A stretch of DNA of 56,320 bases, from positions 1-56,320 of the forward strand of contig CARJCM010000002.1 of the NCBI GenBank assembly GCA_948999435.1. Direction: 5' to 3'. Position 1 is the first letter of the stretch; the number at the start of each line of letters is the position of its first letter. Position numbers and translations under genes: made by a program. This DNA comes from an uncultured Bacilli bacterium (lineage in GTDB: Bacteria; Bacillota_I; Bacilli_A; RF39; UBA660). This document shows positions 9,048 to 17,939 of this stretch, in pieces. The notes under the pieces were generated by a model. It had not been told where the DNA came from. It did not search any database and saw only the letters and a program-made list of their open reading frames with translations.

Positions 9048-9785
9048 TTAATTACAATCATCATCACAATTTCCACTAGGAACTATTTTTTTTATTAAAT
9101 CAACATAATTATTATAAACTTCTTTAGTTTGCTTATCTGTCATAGCATCATATTTAGTTTGACCTTCATCCAAAGAAACAGTCCCACCTACAGTACCTTC
9201 TACTTTACCATTTTTAGCAGCTATAATAAAAGGCATATAAATTCTTTTTTCATGAGTATCATATTTTTTACCATCTTGAGTTATAATATAATCCCTTAAA
9301 TAATCGCTTAAGAAATCTAATAATTCATAATATGCATCAGTACCATTTACAGTTTTAACTAATTTACCATCTTGTACTTCAAAGCTATCTTTTTCTTTAT
9401 CTAAATTAAGATAATACACTGTTTTCATATTTGTGTCTTTTATAGCATCAAATAATACCGGAACTGCATTTCTACACCAAGGACACCATTCAGCTCCTAC
9501 ATAAATAATTGCAGTTTCATTTTTTAAAACTTCTAAAGCTCCTTTAGCATCCACATATTTTATTGGATTATCTTCAGGTATTGTTATACTATTATATTTA
9601 GCTCCATCACTTTCTCTAATAGTACCATTTAACTTTTCATATTCTTCTTTAAATTTAATTGCATCCGCAGTTGGTGTAGGTTTATTTTCTTCTTTTTCTG
9701 GCTTTTTAAAAGCTAAAAACCCTCCTACTATTAATAATGCTATTAAAGCCGCTGCGCTTGCTAAAATAATTTTTTTATCCTTCAT
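9048..9785 (-). CDS. Membrane-anchored thioredoxin-fold thiol-disulfide oxidoreductase
   Basis: N-terminal TM, then a thioredoxin-like region with the active-site motif WCPWC. C-terminus is GNCDDDCN. Confidence 0.75.
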   Translation of the reverse strand: MKDKKIILASAAALIALLIVGGFLAFKKPEKEENKPTPTADAIKFKEEYEKLNGTIRESDGAKYNSITIPEDNPIKYVDAKGALEVLKNETAIIYVGAEWCPWCRNAVPVLFDAIKDTNMKTVYYLNLDKEKDSFEVQDGKLVKTVNGTDAYYELLDFLSDYLRDYIITQDGKKYDTHEKRIYMPFIIAAKNGKVEGTVGGTVSLDEGQTKYDAMTDKQTKEVYNNYVDLIKKIVPSGNCDDDCN

Positions 9786-9900
9786 AATCTACTCCTCCTT
9801 AAATTTAAGTATACCAAAAATAAATAAAACTTAAAATATTATTTTTCAATTTTAGTATTTTTTAAAACTCCTTTCTCATAAAAATATTATCAAAAAAAGA

Positions 9901-9947
9901 TTAAAAATAAAAGAAACGCAATGTAGTATTTACTAAACTTTGCGTTT
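9901..9947 (-). terminator. Rho-independent terminator of the HTH-TM regulator gene
   Basis: AAACGCAA/TTGCGTTT 8-bp stem (9914-9947) starting 3 nt after the stop. Followed on the minus strand by CTTTTATTTTT. Confidence 0.7.
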
Positions 9948-9949
9948 AC

Positions 9950-10657
9950 TTATGCTTCACAACTTCTATCAACTTGAACAGGTATTTGATAAGTTATTAT
10001 TTTATTATCTATATTTTTAACATTAATTCTTAAAAATAAATTATTACAAAATTCCTTAGTACAACCACATTCATAACTATCTATATTAAATTCTACTCCT
10101 TTTAATAATTCAGTTAAAAGAAAAGTATTTGTTTTCTTATCATTAATATCCCCATATTTACTAATTATTTTTTCTAAAGAATCATTTGATTCATATAAAA
10201 TACATTCCATACTTATATACTTTTCTTCATCTTTTCCGTCATAATTAACTTCTGAAATATAAATCGATTTTTTATCTTTAGAATAAGCCATAACTCCTTT
10301 GATTGAAAAACTATCATTATCTGTAGCTAAACTTGAAAAATAAAAATCCTCATGTTCATTATTTAAAAATAATACTAATCCAACCAATAAAACTATTACT
10401 AAAAAAAATATACCAAAGTAAAAAAATTTTTTTCTATTATCTCTTCTATTTTCTTCTCCGGATAATATTTCCTCAATGTTTATATTAAAAACTTCACTTA
10501 ATTTCTTTAACATTTCAATATCTGGAATACCTCTACCATTTTCCCACTTTGAAACTGCTTGATTAGTAACATTTAAAATACTAGCTAAATCACTTTGGCT
10601 CATATTATTTTCTTTACGCTTACTGCTAATAAATTTTCCTATTTTTATAGGGTCCAT
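9950..10657 (-). CDS. Membrane-tethered XRE-family regulator (HTH, 1 TM, Cys-containing extracytoplasmic domain)
   Basis: Start moved to MDPIKIG (10657) with a GGTGGTG SD. HTH motif MSQSDLASILNVTNQAVSKWENGRGIP. TM FFYFGIFFLVIVLLVGLVLFL. Confidence 0.8.
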   Translation of the reverse strand: MDPIKIGKFISSKRKENNMSQSDLASILNVTNQAVSKWENGRGIPDIEMLKKLSEVFNINIEEILSGEENRRDNRKKFFYFGIFFLVIVLLVGLVLFLNNEHEDFYFSSLATDNDSFSIKGVMAYSKDKKSIYISEVNYDGKDEEKYISMECILYESNDSLEKIISKYGDINDKKTNTFLLTELLKGVEFNIDSYECGCTKEFCNNLFLRINVKNIDNKIITYQIPVQVDRSCEA

Positions 10658-10726
10658 AATATTCACCACCAATAATAACATTATAAATAAAAAACATACT
10701 TTTATCAAGTACGTTTAATCCTAATT

Positions 10727-10803
10727 TGGTAGCGACGAGAAGATTCGAACTTCCGACCTGCCGGGTATGAACCGGATGCTCTAGCCAACTGAGCTACATC
10801 GCC
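10727..10803 (-). tRNA. tRNA-Met (CAT anticodon, elongator type), CCA encoded
   Basis: Reverse complement: GGCGATGTAGCTCAGTTGGCTAGAGCATCCGGTTCATACCCGGCAGGTCGGAAGTTCGAATCTTCTCGTCGCTACCA. It folds as a cloverleaf. The anticodon loop TTCATAC and GGTTCATACCC context match Bacillus elongator tRNA-Met. Confidence 0.9.
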
Positions 10804-10961
10804 ATAAAAGTATGCATTAATAAATGCACTAATAATATATCATTAAACATCATCAAAGTCAATATTTTTAAATCTATTTTTATTTTCTTAATTCCCTAAT
10901 TAACCTTCTATTATTAACCACTTCAATATTACCAGCATGAGGTATTACTCTAAATTCATTA

Positions 10962-11741
10962 CTAGGCATAATCTCTCCGTCTATTTGGCCATTTAAAATT
11001 CATTGTTTCAATATGTATTTCATCATCTGTCATAAACATATCAACTTTAGGAGTTTCCTCACAAATACATTCCATAACTCCTAACCAGAAAAAAGCTTGT
11101 AATTTTGTCATATCTTCTACCATAGTAACACCTACACTAGAACTATTTATAAAACCTCTAGGAGCAATCTTATATCCTCCTCTATAATAAGAGCCATTAC
11201 ATACTGCAAGTAAAGTATTCTTTTGAAAAAAATTATTAACTCCCATAACTTGATTTTGATATTTCATAAAAGTATACATCCTACTTAAATTATAAAGATA
11301 ATTTTGTGGTAAAGGTAAATTTATGAATCTTTCCACATTAGCGTAGGCTTCTGCTTCTATTCCCAAACTAAAAACATTAAGACCATATTTTCCATTAACA
11401 CTCATTACATTAACATTTAAGCTATCACTTCTATATTCATCTAAACTTCGATAAAAATCATTATTATGTCCAATCGGAATAATTCCTAATTTAGCACTCC
11501 CATTAATTAAACCATTTAATACTACATTAATTTCTTTATCATCACCAACTGCATACACAATATAGTTACCTTTACTACTCTTCTTTGCACATTCTAATAA
11601 TTCTTCATTACTTCCCACAAGCGTAATCACATAATCATCATATCCTAACACTTGACAAGCTATGTGTATTTTATTAGCTAAAAAATTAATATTATCACTT
11701 ATATTATGATTTATTAAAAATATATGTTTCAATTTAACCAC
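10962..11741 (-). CDS. Diacylglycerol/lipid kinase family (YegS/DagK-like) protein with degenerate nucleotide motif. The 3' end appears frameshifted (conserved C-terminus continues to 10880 in another frame).
   Basis: YAVGDDKEINVVLNGL and LGIIPIGHNNDF align to the family GGDGT..N.L and LGIIPLGTGNDF motifs. See the frameshift finding. Confidence 0.65.
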   Translation of the reverse strand: MVKLKHIFLINHNISDNINFLANKIHIACQVLGYDDYVITLVGSNEELLECAKKSSKGNYIVYAVGDDKEINVVLNGLINGSAKLGIIPIGHNNDFYRSLDEYRSDSLNVNVMSVNGKYGLNVFSLGIEAEAYANVERFINLPLPQNYLYNLSRMYTFMKYQNQVMGVNNFFQKNTLLAVCNGSYYRGGYKIAPRGFINSSSVGVTMVEDMTKLQAFFWLGVMECICEETPKVDMFMTDDEIHIETMNFKWPNRRRDYA

Positions 11742-11778
11742 CCAAAGTTATAATATCATACATGTTATTATAATAAAA

Positions 11779-12528
11779 CTAATTTTCTAAATTTTCACTA
11801 TGAATTTCACTAGTTTTACTAATTGTTCCATTATAAAAACTAGGAACTTTACCTTCAATCATCATAGAAGCTATAACCGCATCATATTTAAAAGTCATAT
11901 CTTTTGTCGCAAATGGTGCCATAATTTGATTATGAAATTCAATAAAAACAAAAACTTCTACCAACGCATTATTTAAACCATAATTAGTTATTTTTGTTTC
12001 TAAATTAGTTAAAACTGAGCCTACAAAATTAACTTTAACTGGAACCTTAGGCCCCAAATTATAAAAATAATTATTTTTTAAAATCGTTCCAATTGGTATA
12101 TTTAATATTAGACCATTAGTTTTATGACTACCATTTTTATCATAATAAGCAATATCAATACTTCCATTTTCTAATTCTTTAAATGAAGAAGTAAGAGTAT
12201 TAGAAATATTATCTAAAACTTGATATGCTACATCAAAATTAAAATCTACATATAATATTTCATCATTTTTATTTTTAGTTATTATTAAAATATCTTTTAA
12301 AGTTTCCTTATTAAACAAATCATGATTAAGTTTATTAGTAATAAAGCCAAAAGTTATTTTATTAATTTCTACTTCACTAATTTGAATAATATTTTTGCCA
12401 ATTTGATTAGAAAATTTAAAAAACAAAAAAAATGTAAAACTAACAATCATAATAATAGTCAAAAACAATATTTTGCTTAAACTTATAAAATTATTAGAAT
12501 TACATTTTGTTTTAAAATTAGTCTTCAT
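11779..12528 (-). CDS. yunB: Sporulation protein YunB
   Basis: 249 aa with an N-terminal TM. NIPIGTILKNNYFYNLGPKVPVKVNFVGSV...GLNNALVEVFVFIEF...APFATKD...MIEGKVPSFY parallels B. subtilis YunB. Confidence 0.7.
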   Translation of the reverse strand: MKTNFKTKCNSNNFISLSKILFLTIIMIVSFTFFLFFKFSNQIGKNIIQISEVEINKITFGFITNKLNHDLFNKETLKDILIITKNKNDEILYVDFNFDVAYQVLDNISNTLTSSFKELENGSIDIAYYDKNGSHKTNGLILNIPIGTILKNNYFYNLGPKVPVKVNFVGSVLTNLETKITNYGLNNALVEVFVFIEFHNQIMAPFATKDMTFKYDAVIASMMIEGKVPSFYNGTISKTSEIHSENLEN

Positions 12529-12543
12529 ATTAAACTATATGCA

Positions 12544-13404
12544 TTAAAACCAATTAAGATTTAAAAATTTATTTAAAAATACAATTAATCCTGCAATAAA
12601 AACCAAGCTTACAATCACAATAATCGCATAAATTAAAGCTTTACTAGATTTAACTTCTTTCTTCAATTCATTAAAATCATCAAAATCACTTTGTGTAAAT
12701 TGTAAAGTATTAGTTAAATTAAGGTTCTCTTTTTCCATTACTAATGGTTTAATTTTATCTGCTTCTTCTAAAGACATAATCGGCGAAGTCTCTCCAATAC
12801 TTTCAGTCTCGTGTGCTCCACCTACAATAACTGTATCATCGCTTCCCTTTAGTTCAGTCAAAATATCCAGTGGATCAACATCATTTTCTTTTTTAGTATT
12901 ATTTACTTTTTCTTTTGAAACTAATTCTCTAGCTGTTATCGTATTTATTAAATCCATAAGTTCGTTGTGTTCTTCTGGAACTTCTGGTACATTCTTTTCT
13001 TTTTCTATATCCAAACTAGTTAAAATATCAAATTGTGTATCACGAAGTTTCTTTAATCTTTCTTTTTCATAATTAACTTCTTTATCACTTTTAGCTCTTT
13101 CAAGAATCGCATTAATATCATATTCTCTAGTTTCATCAAAGTTAACATCTAACTCTTCTTTAGTTTCTTCTTCAAGCAAAATACTTCTTCTTTTAGGTGC
13201 TTCTTTATATTTAGTATCAAGTATCTTTTTAATATGCTCTACATCAATATTTTTAGCATTATCTTGCAAAACAGTCGCATTTGTATCTATTTTATAATCT
13301 ATATCTTCTATATTATCCATATTATCATAAAGATGCAAATTTTTTTGTTCTCTAAGAAGTGTATTCGAATCTCCATCATAATATTTCTGCATTCTTGTTT
13401 TCAT
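12544..13404 (-). CDS. Hypothetical acidic protein with C-terminal TM anchor
   Basis: Start moved to MKTRMQKYY (13404) with a GGAAAGTGGG SD. Glu/Asp/Lys-rich. C-terminal TM LIYAIIVIVSLVFIAGLIVFL. Confidence 0.55.
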   Translation of the reverse strand: MKTRMQKYYDGDSNTLLREQKNLHLYDNMDNIEDIDYKIDTNATVLQDNAKNIDVEHIKKILDTKYKEAPKRRSILLEEETKEELDVNFDETREYDINAILERAKSDKEVNYEKERLKKLRDTQFDILTSLDIEKEKNVPEVPEEHNELMDLINTITARELVSKEKVNNTKKENDVDPLDILTELKGSDDTVIVGGAHETESIGETSPIMSLEEADKIKPLVMEKENLNLTNTLQFTQSDFDDFNELKKEVKSSKALIYAIIVIVSLVFIAGLIVFLNKFLNLNWF

Positions 13405-13516
13405 GAACCCACTTTCCTTCAAAAATAATTTTAACATATTTTTATAAACTTTAAAAGTCTTTATCTTTGCAATTTAACAAATATCTGCTATAATTATTTT
13501 GTAAGGAGAATTAAAA

Positions 13517-13849
13517 ATGAAAAAAATTAATGTTAGTGAAGAAGCTTGTATTGGATGTGGCGCATGCGTTGCTATAGATCCTGAACATTTTGCTTTTAAT
13601 GATGAAGGATTATCACATGAAATAAGCAACGAAAACTTAGAAAGTGCTGAATTAGCAAGTGCTATTGATTCTTGTCCTACAAGTGCTATAAGCATCAAAG
13701 ATGGCGAAGAAACTTGTGAATGCGAATGTGGTGATGATTGTCAATGTACAAAAGAAGACAATTGTGGTTGCCATTGTTATGAAGAAGATGAAACTTGTGA
13801 TTGTGGCACTGAATGTGACTGCTGTCATTGTAACTGCGAAGAAGAGTAA
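13517..13849 (+). CDS. Single-cluster 4Fe-4S ferredoxin with an unusual Cys/Glu/Asp-rich C-terminal extension
   Basis: N-terminal 60 aa follow the CIGCGACV...CPTSAI pattern of Bacillus Fer-type ferredoxins. The last 48 aa hold 15 Cys and 2 His, mostly as CxC repeats. Confidence 0.8.
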   Translation: MKKINVSEEACIGCGACVAIDPEHFAFNDEGLSHEISNENLESAELASAIDSCPTSAISIKDGEETCECECGDDCQCTKEDNCGCHCYEEDETCDCGTECDCCHCNCEEE

Positions 13850-13912
13850 TCTTCTCTTTTTTTGACTTTAAATTCAAGATATGATAGAATACCAAGCTAA
13901 GAAGGAGTCTAT

Positions 13913-14650
13913 ATGAATACAAATGAAACCCTAAATCAAACTTTAAATAAAATTTGGCTCAAATATAAATTTAATGATACGGATAAGCTTAACTTTTTAG
14001 CAATAATATCTCCTATTTTAACTCATCCTGAATTTCGAAAAAGATTAGATAGTTCCTTGTATCCTCATCATGACACAACCAGTTTAGGTGAACATATCTT
14101 AAGTGATGCTGCTGTAACTTACAAATTAAGTCAAAATTCTAAAACAAATCAATACCTAGCTGTTATAATTGCTATGTTTCACGATTTATATGAAATACCT
14201 TGGCAAAATTCAGGAATTGTCAAAAATGATTTTTTCAATAAGCATGGTTTTGTTCATCCAATCGAAGGAGCTATAAATGCTGCCACTTGGTATCCAGAAT
14301 TTTTTAATCAAGATAAAAAATCAGAAATTATTATTGATGGAATTATCCATCATATGTTCCCATTCCCAGTTCGCGCATTAAATGGTGATGATATTGAACT
14401 TAACAACCAAATAAAATTAGCTGAACTACCAATAAATATAAGAAATATTATTATAAGTTCAACTATGAGAAGTAAAATTAGAAAAATTTCATTATGCTCT
14501 AGTAAATTTTCTGAAGGAAAAATTGTCAGTAAAGCCGATAAAGTAGTCTCATTTAGTAAAGATTTTACTATACCAGGAGCTCTTGCTTGTATCACAGGCA
14601 TAAATAAAAATTTAGAAAATGCATTAGAAGAACAAAATAAATCTCGCTAA
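13913..14650 (+). CDS. HD-domain phosphohydrolase
   Basis: H...HD pattern (LGEHILSDA...IAMFHDLYE). 245 aa. Confidence 0.65.
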   Translation: MNTNETLNQTLNKIWLKYKFNDTDKLNFLAIISPILTHPEFRKRLDSSLYPHHDTTSLGEHILSDAAVTYKLSQNSKTNQYLAVIIAMFHDLYEIPWQNSGIVKNDFFNKHGFVHPIEGAINAATWYPEFFNQDKKSEIIIDGIIHHMFPFPVRALNGDDIELNNQIKLAELPINIRNIIISSTMRSKIRKISLCSSKFSEGKIVSKADKVVSFSKDFTIPGALACITGINKNLENALEEQNKSR

Positions 14651-14657
14651 TATTTTT

Positions 14658-14680
14658 GAAGAGAAAATCTCTTCTTTTTT
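14658..14680 (+). terminator. Rho-independent terminator
   Basis: GAAGAGA-aaa-TCTCTTC followed by TTTTTT, 8 nt after the stop at 14650. Confidence 0.55.
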
Positions 14681-14711
14681 AATTAATAAAAAAAATACCC
14701 CTAAAGATATT

Positions 14712-15425
14712 TTATTTCAAACTATATAACTTTTTAACTTCTTTAATAGAAAGCTCTCTATATTCTCCACTTTTAAGACCATCTGTAGATAAAAATGCTA
14801 TTCCCACTCTTGTAAGTCTAATAACAGGCTTTCTAAGTTCTTCAAATAATCTTTTAACAATATGATTACGACCTTCTACTATTGTTATTTCAATTAAAGA
14901 GGTACTTTTTTCATAATTCTTTTCTTTAATCTTAAACTTTATTACATTAACTTTTCGATTGTCAATTAAAATCCCACTTTTCAAGCGTTCAATATCATCT
15001 TTATTAAGTATTCCTTCTATTTTAGCAATATAGGTTTTTTCAATATTATTAGATGGATGCATTAAAATATTAGCAAGTTCGCCATCATTAGTAAGTATAA
15101 CTAACCCTGTTGTATCATAATCAAGTCTACCAACTGGATATATTCTTTTATCAGTATTAATATAATCTATAACAACAGGTCTATCTTTATCATCACTAAC
15201 ACTAGTAATTACTCCTCGAGGTTTATTAAGAAGGAAGTATACTTTAGCATTATCACGAGATATTGTAGCTCCATTCACTTCAATTATATCATCACCAGCT
15301 ACTTTAGTACCTAGTTCTTTTACTATATTTCCATTAACTCTTACTTTTCCACTTATAATTAATTCTTCAGCTTTTCTTCTCGAAGTTACTCCTGAAGCTG
15401 CAATAACTTTTTGTAATCTCTCCAT
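14712..15425 (-). CDS. rluB: Pseudouridine synthase, RsuA/RluB family (S4 domain plus catalytic domain)
   Basis: MERLQKVIAASGVTSRRKAEELI (S4 domain) and the catalytic GRLDYDTTGLVILTNDG. Confidence 0.85.
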   Translation of the reverse strand: MERLQKVIAASGVTSRRKAEELIISGKVRVNGNIVKELGTKVAGDDIIEVNGATISRDNAKVYFLLNKPRGVITSVSDDKDRPVVIDYINTDKRIYPVGRLDYDTTGLVILTNDGELANILMHPSNNIEKTYIAKIEGILNKDDIERLKSGILIDNRKVNVIKFKIKEKNYEKSTSLIEITIVEGRNHIVKRLFEELRKPVIRLTRVGIAFLSTDGLKSGEYRELSIKEVKKLYSLK

Positions 15426-15429
15426 CTTA

Positions 15430-16572
15430 TCACCTAAATAACATATAGCTCAAAAACGCTATTAAAATAACAATTACTATCCAGCCATTAACTTTATCAC
15501 TAGTCTTTGACTTACCTGGAACACCTAGAGCCATCGTAAATAAGTATCCTCCGATTAAGCCACCTATGTGAGCAAAATTATCTATTCCTGAAAAAGTAAA
15601 ACCAATTAATAAATTTAAGAGAATAACTGGCATTACTTGAGTTCTCATCACACTACCTAAATATAAACGATAATGATATCCAAAATATAACAATGAACCT
15701 AGTAAACCAAATATTGCTCCACTAGCCCCTGCTGAAACACTAGAATGTAGTGTTACAGATAATAATGAACCCAATATCCCACTTCCAAGATAAACTAATA
15801 AAAACTTAAATTTACCTAAAAAAGTTTCTAGTTGTCTACCTATTATCCAAAGTGAATACATATTACAAGCAAGATGAATTACTCCAATATGTAAAAACAT
15901 CGCTGATACAAGTCGCCACACTTCTCCTGCTTTAACTAAGGGTTGATAATTCGCTCCAAATTTAATCAAAGTATAAATATCTTCACTACCATTACCAAAT
16001 ATATACATTAAAACAAATATAATGAGACACAACAAAATTAATATTGGTGTAACTATTATTTTCTTTGGTTCAAAAACTTTAGCATAAGCTTCATTATCTC
16101 GCATTGTTTTTTGATTAATATCATTGGTAACATTAACAATTAAATCTAAACCAACTTTATCTTTAATTAATTTATTAGCTAAATTTGGAAACACCTCTAA
16201 CATTTCCTTATCCTCAGTTAATTTATCAATTTCATCAACCTTAATGGAAGCTATATTTTTATTATTTTTTAATGAAACATCCTCTGAAACATTAAGTAAT
16301 ATATTTAAAGCATTCATATTAAGTGATAAAGTTTTCTTTCTTATTTGTCTCATCACATTAGAAGTTTTAAATAAGTCAAACTCTAATTGTTCTTTATTAT
16401 GAATATGATTAGAATTAATTCTAATAATTCGATAAGGACCATCTAAGTTCTCTAACCAAACTTCGTCTTTAGCCCCTTTAACAACAATCGGAGTATAATT
16501 TTCTTCTGTAATAAAGTAATGAATCAAAGCCATTAACATTTCATCATTTCTATTTACAACATTAATATTCAA
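15430..16572 (-). CDS. Rhomboid family intramembrane serine protease
   Basis: C-terminal 6-TM core with HIGVIHLACNM, GASGAIFGLLG (catalytic Ser) and AHIGGLIGG (catalytic His). N-terminal soluble domain. Confidence 0.85.
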   Translation of the reverse strand: MNINVVNRNDEMLMALIHYFITEENYTPIVVKGAKDEVWLENLDGPYRIIRINSNHIHNKEQLEFDLFKTSNVMRQIRKKTLSLNMNALNILLNVSEDVSLKNNKNIASIKVDEIDKLTEDKEMLEVFPNLANKLIKDKVGLDLIVNVTNDINQKTMRDNEAYAKVFEPKKIIVTPILILLCLIIFVLMYIFGNGSEDIYTLIKFGANYQPLVKAGEVWRLVSAMFLHIGVIHLACNMYSLWIIGRQLETFLGKFKFLLVYLGSGILGSLLSVTLHSSVSAGASGAIFGLLGSLLYFGYHYRLYLGSVMRTQVMPVILLNLLIGFTFSGIDNFAHIGGLIGGYLFTMALGVPGKSKTSDKVNGWIVIVILIAFLSYMLFR

Positions 16573-16635
16573 TTATCTCACCTCTTGGTAATATTATTTT
16601 AATACAAAACGTATATTTAGTAAAGAGGTGTTATA

Positions 16636-16944
16636 ATGTCAATTGTCTTTTATTTAACATTAAGTTATTTGTTTTTTCTAATTTATTACTATTTTATTCG
16701 CACCAATGCTCTTAATAACGACAATCTATTTGCCATAATTATAAATATAATATTTTTATGTATCTTACCGATTTACTCATATTTCTTTAAAAGTTATTCT
16801 TATAGTTTAATTTTCAGTTTAAGTCTTTTACTATCAGCATTTTATTTAAATATAAGAATAGAAAAAACTTTCCACACCATTGAAATTCCCCCATTAATTT
16901 ACTATTTTATAACTTGTCTAATATTTGGCTTAATTTTATTTTAA
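16636..16944 (+). CDS. Small hypothetical integral membrane protein
   Basis: 102-aa ORF with 3-4 hydrophobic segments and an AGAGGTG SD upstream. No motif recognised. Confidence 0.45.
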   Translation: MSIVFYLTLSYLFFLIYYYFIRTNALNNDNLFAIIINIIFLCILPIYSYFFKSYSYSLIFSLSLLLSAFYLNIRIEKTFHTIEIPPLIYYFITCLIFGLILF

Positions 16945-17802
16945 GCCTTTTTTATTGCCTAATTTTTTATCATCAATATACTCATAACTTAAAGTATTAT
17001 CTTCTGTTATAACACTTCTTCCTAATTCTTTTTCTAAACTTTCTTTTGTTATTTTAGCAATAGTTCCACCTTTTTTCGCTATTTTCTTATTTTCTGATAA
17101 TCCATGAGGTTTATATGTTTTGACAAGTTCTCTTGTTGCCGTCTCTCCAATATCAGTCAATAATACTTCTAAATCCGTCATATTATCTCTAAGATTTTCT
17201 TTGCGAATATTTTTAAAATCTTTATATTCACTAGCACTCATTCCAGACCATTCTTTATAAATATCATTGGTTAAAATAGCGAACTCTATAGGTTTATCTA
17301 CTCCAAATTCTTGCCAAGTGTTAGTAAGTTTTTTACGAGATAAAATTCCTTTTAATCTTTTTTCAATCCATTCTAAAGAATAACCTTTATTTAGATAATA
17401 ATCAATTGCTCTACTAAAAGCTTTTTCTGGATTAAATACTTCATCTATTCTATCATTACCTAAATTAGCTAACCATAATTTAAAAGGTTCAGCTTTAGGA
17501 CTCGGAACTGATTCAATAAGTCGTAAAATCCCTTTCGTATCAAGTGTATCCGTTAAATACTTTTTTCCATCTGAAGATACCATTTTTAGTTTTCGACATT
17601 TTGTCGATAGCTCGCTTTTTTCATCTTCCTTCATCCTTTTCTTTAAACGATACCAATAATCATTAGGATTACTACTATCTGTTAGTGCAGCTATAACATC
17701 CACTACACTAAAGTAATAATCCTCTTCAGTACTATCCCAAGCGCTCCTAATATTACTATCATTAAATAAATTATTAATCGTTTCAAGTTTCTTTTCTTTC
17801 AT
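16936..17802 (-). CDS. Bro-N domain protein (phage antirepressor / DinD-like family)
   Basis: Start moved to MKEKKLE (17802) with an AAGGAGG SD. N-terminal IRSAWDSTEEDYYFSVVDVIAALTDS is Bro-N-like. The C-terminal helical domain is typical of this family. Confidence 0.65.
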   Translation of the reverse strand: MKEKKLETINNLFNDSNIRSAWDSTEEDYYFSVVDVIAALTDSSNPNDYWYRLKKRMKEDEKSELSTKCRKLKMVSSDGKKYLTDTLDTKGILRLIESVPSPKAEPFKLWLANLGNDRIDEVFNPEKAFSRAIDYYLNKGYSLEWIEKRLKGILSRKKLTNTWQEFGVDKPIEFAILTNDIYKEWSGMSASEYKDFKNIRKENLRDNMTDLEVLLTDIGETATRELVKTYKPHGLSENKKIAKKGGTIAKITKESLEKELGRSVITEDNTLSYEYIDDKKLGNKKGLK

Positions 17803-17892
17803 CACCAAATACCTCCTTTTTGAAACATAAATAACACGAAACATACGTTTTGTTTTATAAATTAATTATAACATTTGTTTGCTATTTAATCA

Positions 17893-17932
17893 AGAAAAAA
17901 GAATAATAACTTTTAAAATTTTTATTATTCTT
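17893..17932 (-). terminator. Rho-independent terminator of fhs
   Basis: Perfect 11-bp stem AAGAATAATAA/TTATTATTCTT (17899-17932) followed on the minus strand by TTTTTT. Confidence 0.75.
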
Positions 17933-17939
17933 TCAATAA

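Noticed and set aside
10727-10803. tRNA-Met as the attachment site of an integrated element covering 1..10726
   Set aside because: There is no integrase, and I could not find a direct repeat of the tRNA 3' end in the window. The accessory flavour of the region (cassette copy, RHH remnant) is only suggestive.
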